A stretch of 64,000 nt of DNA, from contig CAXNJO010000006.1 in assembly GCA_964202905.1 (NCBI GenBank), forward strand, positions 32,001 to 96,000. The letters are read 5' to 3'. Origin of the DNA: Polyangiales bacterium. GTDB taxonomy: Bacteria > Myxococcota_A > Polyangia > Polyangiales > JADJQN01. A program made the translations under genes and the position numbers. Of this stretch, positions 9,839 through 18,513 are shown piece by piece. How positions within the stretch are numbered: the stretch's first letter is position 1; the number at the start of each line of letters is the position of its first letter. The notes beneath the pieces are model-generated. The model did no database searches. It had not been told where the DNA came from and saw nothing but the letters and a program-made list of their open reading frames with translations.

Positions 9839-12800
9839 TCAGGGGACGACGACCACCGCAGGCGTGCGGGTCAGCGCGTCGAGACCTACGGCGGCGAGAC
9901 GGCCGGCACCGCGCTGGCCCCAGCAATACGCGCGGGCGTCGGCTCCGACCGCACAGTTCGGGCCGATCATCGGCACCGGGGCCAGATCGAGGCGCGTGAA
10001 GCGGCCGACGACGGGCGCCGAGACCCGCGCCGGTGAGGTTGCGCCCGCGCCGGCCGCGCCCCACTCGTTCACCGCGTTGCAGCGCCAGGTGTCGCGGTCG
10101 GCTGTCACGCAGCGCGAGATGTTCGACGAGGTCTCGTGCAGCCGCCAGTCGACCACGCCGTCGAAGGCGCCGTTCGGCGCTGCGCGCACGGCGCGGTCGC
10201 CCCACAGACGCGGCACGCTCGAGCTCGACTGCGCCGCGAGGCACGAGTGGAACGAGCACACGACGGAGGTCACGCCCGTGAGCGGCACCGGGAGGGTCGC
10301 CGTCGACGCTTCCGTGGTGGCCGCGCCGGGGACGGTCCGGTTCGTCAGCGTCCCGTCCGCGAGCTCGCCGAGCGTGTTGCGGCCCCAACACCAGACGGCG
10401 CCATCGGCGCGCAGCGCACACATCGCCTCGGAGCCGCCGGTGATCGCGGTCACCGTGCTGAGGCCCACCACATCGACCGGGACCGAGGAGTTCTGCGTCT
10501 CCGCGATCCCCGCGCCCAGCGCGCCGTAGAAGTTGTAGCCCCAGCAGCGCACCGTCCCGCCCGCGAGCAGCGCGCAGGTGGTGGAGTTCGAGGCGGCGAG
10601 GGCCTGCACGCCCGAGAGCCCGGTCACCGGCACCGGGCTCGAGGCGGCCGCGAGCGGCGCGCCGTCGCCGAGCTGCCCGACGCTGTCCCCGCCCCAGCAG
10701 ACCACGGTGCCGCCCGTCCGCAGCGCGCACGCGTGGGTGCCGCCGACCGCGATGGCGCGGGCGTCCGAGAGGCCGCTGACGCGCACGGGCACGACGCTGG
10801 GCGTGGTCGTGCCGTTGCCGAGCTGGCCCGAGGCATTGCTCGTCAGTCCGCCCCAGCAGTGCACCTCGCCGGTGTCGAGCAGCGCACAGCGGAAGGCGTT
10901 GCTGTCGGCCGTGCCGCCCTGGTCGAGCGCGACGACCCCGCTGAGCCCGAGCACCGCCGCGGGCGCGCTCTGCCGCTCGGTGTCGCCGCCCGCTTCGCCG
11001 AACGTGTTGTCGCCCCAGCAGCGCACCTCGAGCGTGTCGGAGAGCGCGCACGCGTGGTGATCGCCGGCGGTCACCCAGCGCTGGGCCGAGAGACCGGGCA
11101 CCGCTGCGGGGCTGGCACGATCGGCGAGCACGCCATCGCCGAGCGCGGCCTGTGTGCCCTCGCCCCAGCACGCGATCGTCCCGTCGGTCGTGAGCGCGCA
11201 GGTGTGGGCGCCGCCCGCGCGCACCTGCCGCACGGTGAGCCCGGGGACGCTCACCGGGGCGGGCGCGTCCACGAAGGTCCCGTCACCGAGCTGACCGTGC
11301 TGGTTGCGCCCCCAGCAGACCACCTCGCGGCTCGCGCGCCGCGCGCAGGTGTGGTCGGCGCCGGCCGAGAGGCTGGCGGCGTCGACGAGGCCGGAGACCT
11401 CGACGAAGGCGGTGCTGCTCGCCGCGCTCGCGCCGTCGCCGAGCTGTCCGTAGGCGTCGTCGCCGGCGCAGCGCACGAGGCCAGCCCGCGTCCGCACGCA
11501 GAGATGCGCACGACCGACCGCCACCTCGGCCGCGTCGCCCACGTCGTCGCGCGGCGTGGCCACGAGGTCGTCCCCGAAGCAGTGCACCGTGCCGTCGAAG
11601 CGGCGCGCACAGAAGGTGGTGTCGAAGCCGCTGATCTGCGTCACGAGCGCGAGGTCCGGCACCTGCGTGAGCGCCAGCCCGTTGCCCCAGCAGTACACGA
11701 TGCCGTCGGTGTGCACTGCGCAGGCCCGCCGGGCGCCGAGCGCCATCTGCCGGACGTTCTCGAGCGGCCGGCTGATCGCATCGACGACCTCGAGCGGGCT
11801 CGCCGAGTGGCCCGCCGTGCCGGCGCGGCCGGTCAGCATGCCGGCGTTGTTGCCCCAGCAGAACACCCGCCCGCTCGCGTAGCGGACGCAGGTGTTGGTC
11901 CCGTTCGCCTCGACGTCCTCCACCGTGGCGCACGCGCCGCTGACGCAGCCGGCGGAACACACCACGCCGCAGGCGCCGCAGTGGTCTTCGTCCCGCGCGA
12001 GGTCCCGGCAAGCGCCCTCGCAGGGGGTCGTGCCCGCCGGGCAGATCGGCGTGCAGCCACCCGCGACGCAGGCCTCGCCCGGCGCGCACACATTGCCGCA
12101 AAAGCCGCACGCGGCGGGGTCTTCGTCGAGATCGACGCACGCGCCGTCGCAGCGCGTCGTCCCCGACCGGCAGGTGCACACGCCCGCATCGCAGGCCTCG
12201 CCCGGTGCGCACGTCACGCCGCACGCCCCGCAGTGCGCGACGTCGGTCGCGAGCGAGACACAGGAACTCGCGCAGGAGGTCTGGCCGGCCGGACACTCGG
12301 CCACGCACATGCCGGAGGCGCACGAGGTGCCGCCGGGGCACGCGAGCCCGCAGCCGCCGCAGTGCAGGGGATCGGCGCTCGGCGCGACACAGGCCCCGCC
12401 GCACCGCAGCTGACCGGGCGGGCAGGGCGTCGCGCACGCGCCGCCGTCGCACACCTCACCCTCGGCGCAGACGATGCCGCAGCCGCCGCAGTTCGCCGCG
12501 TCGGTGGCGCGGTCCACGCACCGCTCGGCGCAGCAGAGCTCGCCGGCGCCGAGGCAGCTGCTCGCGTCGACGCAGCCCGCGCGGCAGCGGTTGCTCGTGC
12601 ACACCTCGCCGGCGCCGCACTGGCCGTCGTGGACGCACGCCACGCACACGTGGAGGCTCGCATCGCAGTGGGCCGCGCCGGTGTCCTCGCAGCCCTCGTC
12701 GGCGGAGCAGCCCGCGACACAGGCCTGCGAGGCGGCGTCGCAGTGCTCGGTCGCCGGGCAATGCGCCCGCACCACGCAGCCGACGCACGCGTGGGCGCGC

Positions 12801-13105
12801 ACGTCGCAGCGCGGTGTACCGGGCGTCGCGGCGCAGCCCTCGTCGCTCGAGCAGCCGTCTTCGCAGAGCTCGCGGGCGACGTCGCAGTGCGCGCTCGGCG
12901 GGCAGTCGCGGTCGTCGGCGCAGCGTGCCGGGCCCGCGTCGTCGTCCGGCGGCGGTGCGTCGGGAGGTGGCGTCGCGTCGAGGGGCACGTCGGCATCGGG
13001 CCGCGGGGCACCCGCATCGGGGGGGCGATCACCCGCGCCACAACCCGCCAGGGCCGCGAGCGCCGTCGCCGCGAGGATCACGAGCGCACCGATTCCGTGC
13101 TTCAT
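9839..13105 (-). CDS. Lipoprotein with Cys-rich repeats and about 14 RCC1/BLIP-II-like repeats (paralogue A)
   Basis: Start MKHGIGALVILAATALAALAGC inside the longer ORF; five DxxxCGxCGxxC repeats; repeated V.CWG.N..GQLGDG. Confidence 0.88.
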   Translation of the reverse strand: MKHGIGALVILAATALAALAGCGAGDRPPDAGAPRPDADVPLDATPPPDAPPPDDDAGPARCADDRDCPPSAHCDVARELCEDGCSSDEGCAATPGTPRCDVRAHACVGCVVRAHCPATEHCDAASQACVAGCSADEGCEDTGAAHCDASLHVCVACVHDGQCGAGEVCTSNRCRAGCVDASSCLGAGELCCAERCVDRATDAANCGGCGIVCAEGEVCDGGACATPCPPGQLRCGGACVAPSADPLHCGGCGLACPGGTSCASGMCVAECPAGQTSCASSCVSLATDVAHCGACGVTCAPGEACDAGVCTCRSGTTRCDGACVDLDEDPAACGFCGNVCAPGEACVAGGCTPICPAGTTPCEGACRDLARDEDHCGACGVVCSAGCVSGACATVEDVEANGTNTCVRYASGRVFCWGNNAGMLTGRAGTAGHSASPLEVVDAISRPLENVRQMALGARRACAVHTDGIVYCWGNGLALTQVPDLALVTQISGFDTTFCARRFDGTVHCFGDDLVATPRDDVGDAAEVAVGRAHLCVRTRAGLVRCAGDDAYGQLGDGASAASSTAFVEVSGLVDAASLSAGADHTCARRASREVVCWGRNQHGQLGDGTFVDAPAPVSVPGLTVRQVRAGGAHTCALTTDGTIACWGEGTQAALGDGVLADRASPAAVPGLSAQRWVTAGDHHACALSDTLEVRCWGDNTFGEAGGDTERQSAPAAVLGLSGVVALDQGGTADSNAFRCALLDTGEVHCWGGLTSNASGQLGNGTTTPSVVPVRVSGLSDARAIAVGGTHACALRTGGTVVCWGGDSVGQLGDGAPLAAASSPVPVTGLSGVQALAASNSTTCALLAGGTVRCWGYNFYGALGAGIAETQNSSVPVDVVGLSTVTAITGGSEAMCALRADGAVWCWGRNTLGELADGTLTNRTVPGAATTEASTATLPVPLTGVTSVVCSFHSCLAAQSSSSVPRLWGDRAVRAAPNGAFDGVVDWRLHETSSNISRCVTADRDTWRCNAVNEWGAAGAGATSPARVSAPVVGRFTRLDLAPVPMIGPNCAVGADARAYCWGQRGAGRLAAVGLDALTRTPAVVVVP

Positions 13106-13137
13106 GGGTCGACTCCGGAGTGGGATGCGAAGGAGGC

Positions 13138-16100
13138 TCACGGCAGCACCACCGATGCGGGCGCGAGCACGTGGTTCGTGACGCCTGCGGCCTCGAGGAA
13201 GCCGCCCCCGGTCCAGCCCCAGCAGGACACTCGCCCGGCCGCGGTCAGGCCGCAGTTGGGGCCGTGCAGGGCATCCGCCGAGGGGCGCACCACGCGGAAG
13301 GCGCCGAGCACCGTCGAGGTGACCGTCGCCGGCTCGGCGGTTCCGTCGCCGACGCCGCCGTACTCGTTGTCGACCGTGCACGCCCAGCTCGCGTCGTCGG
13401 AGGTCACGCAGGTCATGCCCGAGAAGATCCAGCCGGTGCGGCCGGCGTAAGCGGCGTCCACGGTCGCCCGCCGCGTCGAGCCGCCCCAGCGGTAGGCCGT
13501 CCCGGCGCCGGCGATCGCGATGCAGGTGCGGCCGCTGCAGTCGAGCCGCGTGACCCCGGTGAGCGGCACCGCCGCGGTCGTGGTGACCGCGGCCGCGGTG
13601 TAGCGGTTCGTCGTGGTCCCGTCGGCGAGCTGGCCTTCGATGTTGCGGCCCCAGCAGTGCACGGTCCCGTCCGTGCGAAGGGCGCAGGTCGTCGAACCGA
13701 AGGCGTCGAGCGCGCTGACCGCCGAGAGCCCCGTGACCACGATCGGCGTGGGCCGACCGATGACCGTCCCGTCGCCGAGCTGGCCGATGTCGTTGCGGCC
13801 CCAGCAGCGGACGGTGCCATCCCCGAGCCGCGCGCAGGCGTGCGCCGCCCCGACGACGATCTGTGTCACGCCGCTCAATCCCGGGACCGTCACCGGGCTT
13901 CGGCGGTCGCTCAACACGCCGTCCCCCAGCTCGCCGCCCGACCCCTCGCCCCAGCAGACGACGGTGCCGCCGGCCCGGAGCGCGCAGGCATGCGCGTCGC
14001 CGAGCCCGAGGCCGATCGCGTCGCTGAGCCCGAGCACGTCGACCGGCGTGGTGCTCGAGGTCGTCAGGCCGTGTCCGAGCTGCCCCGAGGCGTTCGCGTC
14101 GGTGATGCGCCCCGACCAGCAGCGCACGCCGCCCGTGTCGAGCAGGGCGCAGCGGTAGAGCTCCCCGAGGGCGTCGCCGGACTGGTTCTGCTCGAGCGCG
14201 AGGACGCCCGAGAGCCCGAGGACCTCGCTCGGCGTGGCGCGCAACTCCACGCCGCCGCTCGCCTCTCCGTAGCTGGAGGCGCCGAAGCAGCGCACCGCGT
14301 CGCCGAGGTCGACGGCACAGGTGTGGTGGTCGTTCGCCGAGACGTCGCGCTGCGCGCCCAGCCCGACGACCGCCACCGGGCTCGTGCGGTCGGTGCGGGT
14401 CGCGTCGCCGAGGCGTCCGTCCGGGTTGCGGCCCCAGCAGACGAGCCCGCCGGCCGCGTCGAGCGCGCACGTGTGGTACCAGCCCGCGCGGAGTCGGCTC
14501 GCGCCCGCCGGGCCGACGACCTCGACGGGCGAGAGTCGATCCGTCGTGGTCCCATCGCCGACCTGCCCGTAGGCCGCGTCGCCCCAGCACCAGACGCTCC
14601 CGTCGGCGCGCCGGGCGCAGCTGTGGTCGTAGCCGACCGCGAGCTCGACCGCGCCCGAGAGCCCGCTCACCGGGAGCGGCGTCGTGCGGGTCATGCGGCT
14701 TCCGTCGCCGAGCTGACCCTCCGTGTTGGTCCCCCAGCACACGGCCGTGCCGTCCGCGAGCCGTGCGCACTGGTGGCGCGGTCCGACCTGCACCTCGAGC
14801 GCGTTGCGGATCCCCGCGACCGGGCTCGGCATCCGCGTGTCGCCCCAGCAGGAGACGGTCCCGTCGCTGCGCCGGGCGCAGAACGTCGTCCACGAGCCGC
14901 TGAGCTGCGTCACCTCGGAGAGCCCGGGCACGAGCGTCGGGAAGGCGTCGGCGACCCAGCAGAGCACGCGGCCGTCGGAGCGCAGCACGCAGGTGCGCGC
15001 GAGCCCCGTCACGACCTGGCGCACGTTCTCGATCGGCCTCCCGATCGCGTCGACGACCTGCACCGGGGTCGGCGTGTGCTCGACGCCGACGCTCGGCACG
15101 AAGTGCTCGGCGTATCCGAAGCAGAAGACCCGCCCCGAGGTGTAGCGCAGGCAGGTGTGGAAGAAGCCGACCGAGACGTCGGCGACCCGGGCGCAGGCGC
15201 CCGCCACGCAGCCCGGCGTGCAGACGTTGCCGCACGCGCCGCAGTGGTCACGGTCGGTCGCGAGGTCGATGCACTCGCCGCCGCAGAAGGTGCGGTCGGG
15301 GCCGCAGTCCTCGGCGCAGCGCCCCTCCGCGCAGACCTGCGAGGGAAGACACGCGTTGCCGCAGAAGCCGCAGTTGGCGCGGTCGATATCCGTCCGCACG
15401 CACGCGCCGTCGCAGATCGTCTCGGCGGTCGTGCAGTTCGGGACGCAAGCGCCGCTGACGCAGAGGTTGCCCGCCGGGCACGCGCTGCCGCAGGCCGTGC
15501 AGTGGAAGGGGTCGCTCTCGAGCGTCGCGCACGCGCCGCCGCAATCCGCCTGACCCGGCGGGCAGCTCGCGACGCACACGCCCGCGGCGCACGCGCTGCC
15601 GGCCGCGCAGGCACGTCCGCATCCGCCGCAGTTCGCCGGATCGTTGCCGACCGGCACGCAGACGCCGCCGCAGCGCTCCTGTCCCGCCGGACAGACCGGC
15701 GCGCACACGCCCTCGGAGCACGCCTCGAGCGGCCCGCAGGCGATGCCGCAGCCGCCGCAGTTCGCCTCGTCGCGCGCCGGGTCCACGCACGCCTCGGCGC
15801 AGCACGCCTCACCCTCTCCCGTGCACGGGCGTGCCGGCTCGAGGCAGCCCGCGCGGCAGCGGTTGCTGCTGCAGAGCGAGCCCGCCGGGCACTGCGCGTC
15901 GCGCAGGCACTCGACGCAGAGGCGGCGCAGCGGATCGCAGCGGATCGCCGCGCCCATGCCCGCGCACCCCGCATCGGACGAGCACCCCGCGACGCACTGG
16001 CCCGTCGCCGCGTCGCAGTACTCGGTCGCCGGACAATCCGGGTCGAGGCGGCAGCCGACGCATGCGTGGGTGAGCGTGTCGCAGAAGGGCCGGCCGCCGC

Positions 16101-16353
16101 CGCAGCCCGCGTCGCTCGAGCAGCCCGGGACGCAGCGCGCGCTGCCTTCGTCACAGTGCGAATCCGGCGGGCACTCGGCATCCCCGGTGCAGGAACCCTC
16201 GGGGGCATCCGGGGCGGCATCGAGCGCCGGCGTGGCGTCCTCCCGGGCGCCCCCGTCGGGGGACACGTTCATCGCGCCGCTGCCGCAGCCAGCGAGGGTC
16301 GTGAGGAGGGCGCAAAGCGCGAACGACAGGGGGGGCAGCGCCCGACGATGCAT
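13138..16353 (-). CDS. Lipoprotein with Cys-rich repeats and about 14 RCC1/BLIP-II-like repeats (paralogue B)
   Basis: Start MHRRALPPLSFALCALLTTLAGC; five DxxxC(G/T)xCGxxC repeats; RCC1 repeats colinear with paralogue A. Confidence 0.88.
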   Translation of the reverse strand: MHRRALPPLSFALCALLTTLAGCGSGAMNVSPDGGAREDATPALDAAPDAPEGSCTGDAECPPDSHCDEGSARCVPGCSSDAGCGGGRPFCDTLTHACVGCRLDPDCPATEYCDAATGQCVAGCSSDAGCAGMGAAIRCDPLRRLCVECLRDAQCPAGSLCSSNRCRAGCLEPARPCTGEGEACCAEACVDPARDEANCGGCGIACGPLEACSEGVCAPVCPAGQERCGGVCVPVGNDPANCGGCGRACAAGSACAAGVCVASCPPGQADCGGACATLESDPFHCTACGSACPAGNLCVSGACVPNCTTAETICDGACVRTDIDRANCGFCGNACLPSQVCAEGRCAEDCGPDRTFCGGECIDLATDRDHCGACGNVCTPGCVAGACARVADVSVGFFHTCLRYTSGRVFCFGYAEHFVPSVGVEHTPTPVQVVDAIGRPIENVRQVVTGLARTCVLRSDGRVLCWVADAFPTLVPGLSEVTQLSGSWTTFCARRSDGTVSCWGDTRMPSPVAGIRNALEVQVGPRHQCARLADGTAVCWGTNTEGQLGDGSRMTRTTPLPVSGLSGAVELAVGYDHSCARRADGSVWCWGDAAYGQVGDGTTTDRLSPVEVVGPAGASRLRAGWYHTCALDAAGGLVCWGRNPDGRLGDATRTDRTSPVAVVGLGAQRDVSANDHHTCAVDLGDAVRCFGASSYGEASGGVELRATPSEVLGLSGVLALEQNQSGDALGELYRCALLDTGGVRCWSGRITDANASGQLGHGLTTSSTTPVDVLGLSDAIGLGLGDAHACALRAGGTVVCWGEGSGGELGDGVLSDRRSPVTVPGLSGVTQIVVGAAHACARLGDGTVRCWGRNDIGQLGDGTVIGRPTPIVVTGLSAVSALDAFGSTTCALRTDGTVHCWGRNIEGQLADGTTTNRYTAAAVTTTAAVPLTGVTRLDCSGRTCIAIAGAGTAYRWGGSTRRATVDAAYAGRTGWIFSGMTCVTSDDASWACTVDNEYGGVGDGTAEPATVTSTVLGAFRVVRPSADALHGPNCGLTAAGRVSCWGWTGGGFLEAAGVTNHVLAPASVVLP

Positions 16354-16899
16354 GGTGACCTCGGCGTGAGGAGGACAACCGCCCGAGAACGACCATGGGG
16401 GCGGGCGAAGAAGCCGATTTCGCGCCGCGACGCTAACACAGGCGCGTTCGGCGAGGTCGAGCGCTCGAGGGGCGCCGTGGGCTCGTCCGCGCTCCGCGTT
16501 GGGTGGCATCGCGGCGCTCCTCGGATCGCGATCGGCGCGGTGATCGACCGGGCCCGCACCCACGCGCGCACGCGACGCCGATCCGGCCGGCGAGCTCGAG
16601 TCGCCCGTCGTCGACGCGCCGCGCACGGACGAAACGCGCCGCCATCGCCGGCGCCGCGGGCCTTGTTCAGCCCGCGGAGCACGCCGCCTTCGACGCCCAC
16701 GTCCGGCACGTCCTGCGTGCGGCCGATCGTCCCGTCGTCCGCGATGCGCGGACGCGCGAGGAGCGAGGCCTCGCCCTGCGCATCGATCACGACGAGGCGG
16801 GCGTTCGGCGGATCGGCCCCCCGACGACACACGGGCTGCACGAGCCACGCGCCGCCTTCCGGAAACGCCCACGCCGACGACGTGCGCGGCCCATCGAAC

Positions 16900-17376
16900 T
16901 CACCGCGCCCCGGAGACCCCCGCGCACCGAAATGACGACGCGTGGCTCGTCGGCGCTGCGTGCGCGGGCACCTCGATCACCCCCTGACCCTGGTACCGCC
17001 GACACCGATACGTCACCACGACGTGCGCGACGGCCGGGACCCCTCCGGCGGGATCGTGGGGCTGCGCCTCCCCGAGCCGGGCGTCGACCACGCACTCGCT
17101 GGCCGGGATCGAGACACGAACACCGACGAGGTGGGGCTCCTGGGAGCGCCCCATGACGTCCAACGAGAACAGCGGATCCCCATCGGGGTCTTGCACGCGA
17201 CAGCGAGCGGTCCGCTCCGTCGGTGGCCTGTCGTCGCCCGCAGACGCCGGGCCCGTGGACCCGAGCGCTTCCGGGCCGACGTCGAGCAACACGCCGGGTG
17301 GCGTCGCCAACGGCGAACCGTCGTCGCAGCCGAACGACGCCGTGACGCAGAGCAGGAGGCCGAGGACGCGACGCAT
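16900..17376 (-). CDS. Hypothetical lipoprotein, possibly the N-terminus of a longer frameshifted gene
   Basis: MRRVLGLLLCVTASFGC lipobox; TATAGT 8 nt upstream of ATG. Confidence 0.55.
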   Translation of the reverse strand: MRRVLGLLLCVTASFGCDDGSPLATPPGVLLDVGPEALGSTGPASAGDDRPPTERTARCRVQDPDGDPLFSLDVMGRSQEPHLVGVRVSIPASECVVDARLGEAQPHDPAGGVPAVAHVVVTYRCRRYQGQGVIEVPAHAAPTSHASSFRCAGVSGAR

Positions 17377-17534
17377 GGTCCGCGACTATAGCGCGGCGAC
17401 GCAGACGCCCGTCACGTCGTTGATCGGCGCGATGCGTGGGACCCGGCGTGCCCCCCTCGGCGCGTCGCCACGGGCCGCGCCGTGTGTTCGACGTGGATCT
17501 CGACGCGCTCCTCGGGTAGAGACTGGTCCCGCCG

Positions 17535-18164
17535 ATGACCGTCTCGCTGCTCGTCGCCACGCGCAACAAGGGCAAACTCGCGGAGCTGCGCGAGCTCGTC
17601 GCCGACCTCGGCGTCGCGCTCCTCTCCCTCGACGACACGCCCCGCGCGCCCGCGGACGTCGTCGAGGACGGCGCGACCTTCGAGGACAACGCGCGCAAGA
17701 AGGCGCTGGAATACGCGCGCGCGACGGGCCTGCCGACGCTCGCCGACGACAGCGGGCTCGAGGTCGACGCGCTCGCGGGGGAGCCCGGCGTGCGCTCGGC
17801 GCGCTTCGCCGGGGCGCGCGCGACCGACGGCGAGAACAACCGCCTGCTGTTGTCTCGCCTCGAGGAGTTCGGCGGCGACGAGCGTACGGCGCGCTTCCGC
17901 TGCGTGCTCGCCTTCGCCGATCCGCGCGGCCCGCTCGGCGAGGCGGTGCACCTCACGCGCGGCGTGTGCGAAGGCCGCATCCTCAGCGGCCCGCGCGGCG
18001 CGAGCGGCTTCGGCTACGACCCGCTCTTCGTGCCCGAGGTCCCCGGCGACCGCACGCTCGCGGAGCTGCGCAGCGACGAGAAGAACGCCATCAGCCACCG
18101 CGCCGAGGCGTCGCGCCGGATGGTCGCGTTCCTCCGCGCGTACCTGCAGGGCGGGGCCGTCTAG
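17535..18164 (+). CDS. rdgB: Non-canonical purine NTP pyrophosphatase (RdgB/Ham1)
   Basis: ATRNKGKLAE, EDGATFEDNARKKA, ADDSGLEVDAL, PGVRSARFAG, GFGYDPLF, KNAISHR. Confidence 0.96.
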   Translation: MTVSLLVATRNKGKLAELRELVADLGVALLSLDDTPRAPADVVEDGATFEDNARKKALEYARATGLPTLADDSGLEVDALAGEPGVRSARFAGARATDGENNRLLLSRLEEFGGDERTARFRCVLAFADPRGPLGEAVHLTRGVCEGRILSGPRGASGFGYDPLFVPEVPGDRTLAELRSDEKNAISHRAEASRRMVAFLRAYLQGGAV

Positions 18165-18218
18165 CGGCGCTGCGTCGGCGCTGCGTCGGTCGGCGTCGGC
18201 GATCGGCGCCGTGACGCC

Positions 18219-18247
18219 TTGAGGATCGCGGAGGCCGATGGTAAGAC
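18219..18247 (+). promoter_or_regulatory. Putative sigma70-type promoter for the tRNA pair
   Basis: TTGAGG-17 nt-TAAGAC with extended -10 TG, ending 12 nt before tRNA-Pro. Confidence 0.5.
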
Positions 18248-18259
18248 CGCGGCCTCCAA

Positions 18260-18333
18260 CGGGGAGTAGCACAGCCTGGTAGTGCGCCAGCTTTGGGAGC
18301 TGGAAGTCGCAGGTTCGAATCCTGTCTCCCCGA
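18260..18333 (+). tRNA. tRNA-Pro (anticodon TGG)
   Basis: Acceptor CGGGGAG/CTCCCCG; anticodon stem CCAGC/GCTGG with loop TTTGGGA; T-loop TTCGAAT; CCA not encoded. Confidence 0.95.
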
Positions 18334-18363
18334 CCGACCTCCGCGCGCCCCGCGGCGCGCGTT

Positions 18364-18437
18364 GCGCCCATAGCTCAGCTGGATAGAGCAGCGGCCTTCT
18401 AAGCCGACGGTCCCGCGTTCGATTCGCGGTGGGCGCG
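18364..18437 (+). tRNA. tRNA-Arg (anticodon TCT)
   Basis: Acceptor GCGCCCA/TGGGCGC; D-arm GCTC..GAGC; anticodon loop CTTCTAA; T-arm CCGCG-TTCGATT-CGCGG; CCA not encoded. Confidence 0.93.
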
Positions 18438-18513
18438 CCCCCTCCTCCCTCGGCTCGTCACGACCCCGTGCGCGCGACGGTGGGCCGGGACGCCCTCCGC
18501 CGCGCGCCCCGGA

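Noticed and set aside
9839..16353. Diversity-generating retroelement acting on the RCC1 pair
   Set aside because: No reverse transcriptase and no near-identical template/variable repeat pair with adenine-specific differences seen
18260..18513. tRNA-targeted integrative element
   Set aside because: No integrase nearby and no convincing duplicated tRNA 3' end found by eye
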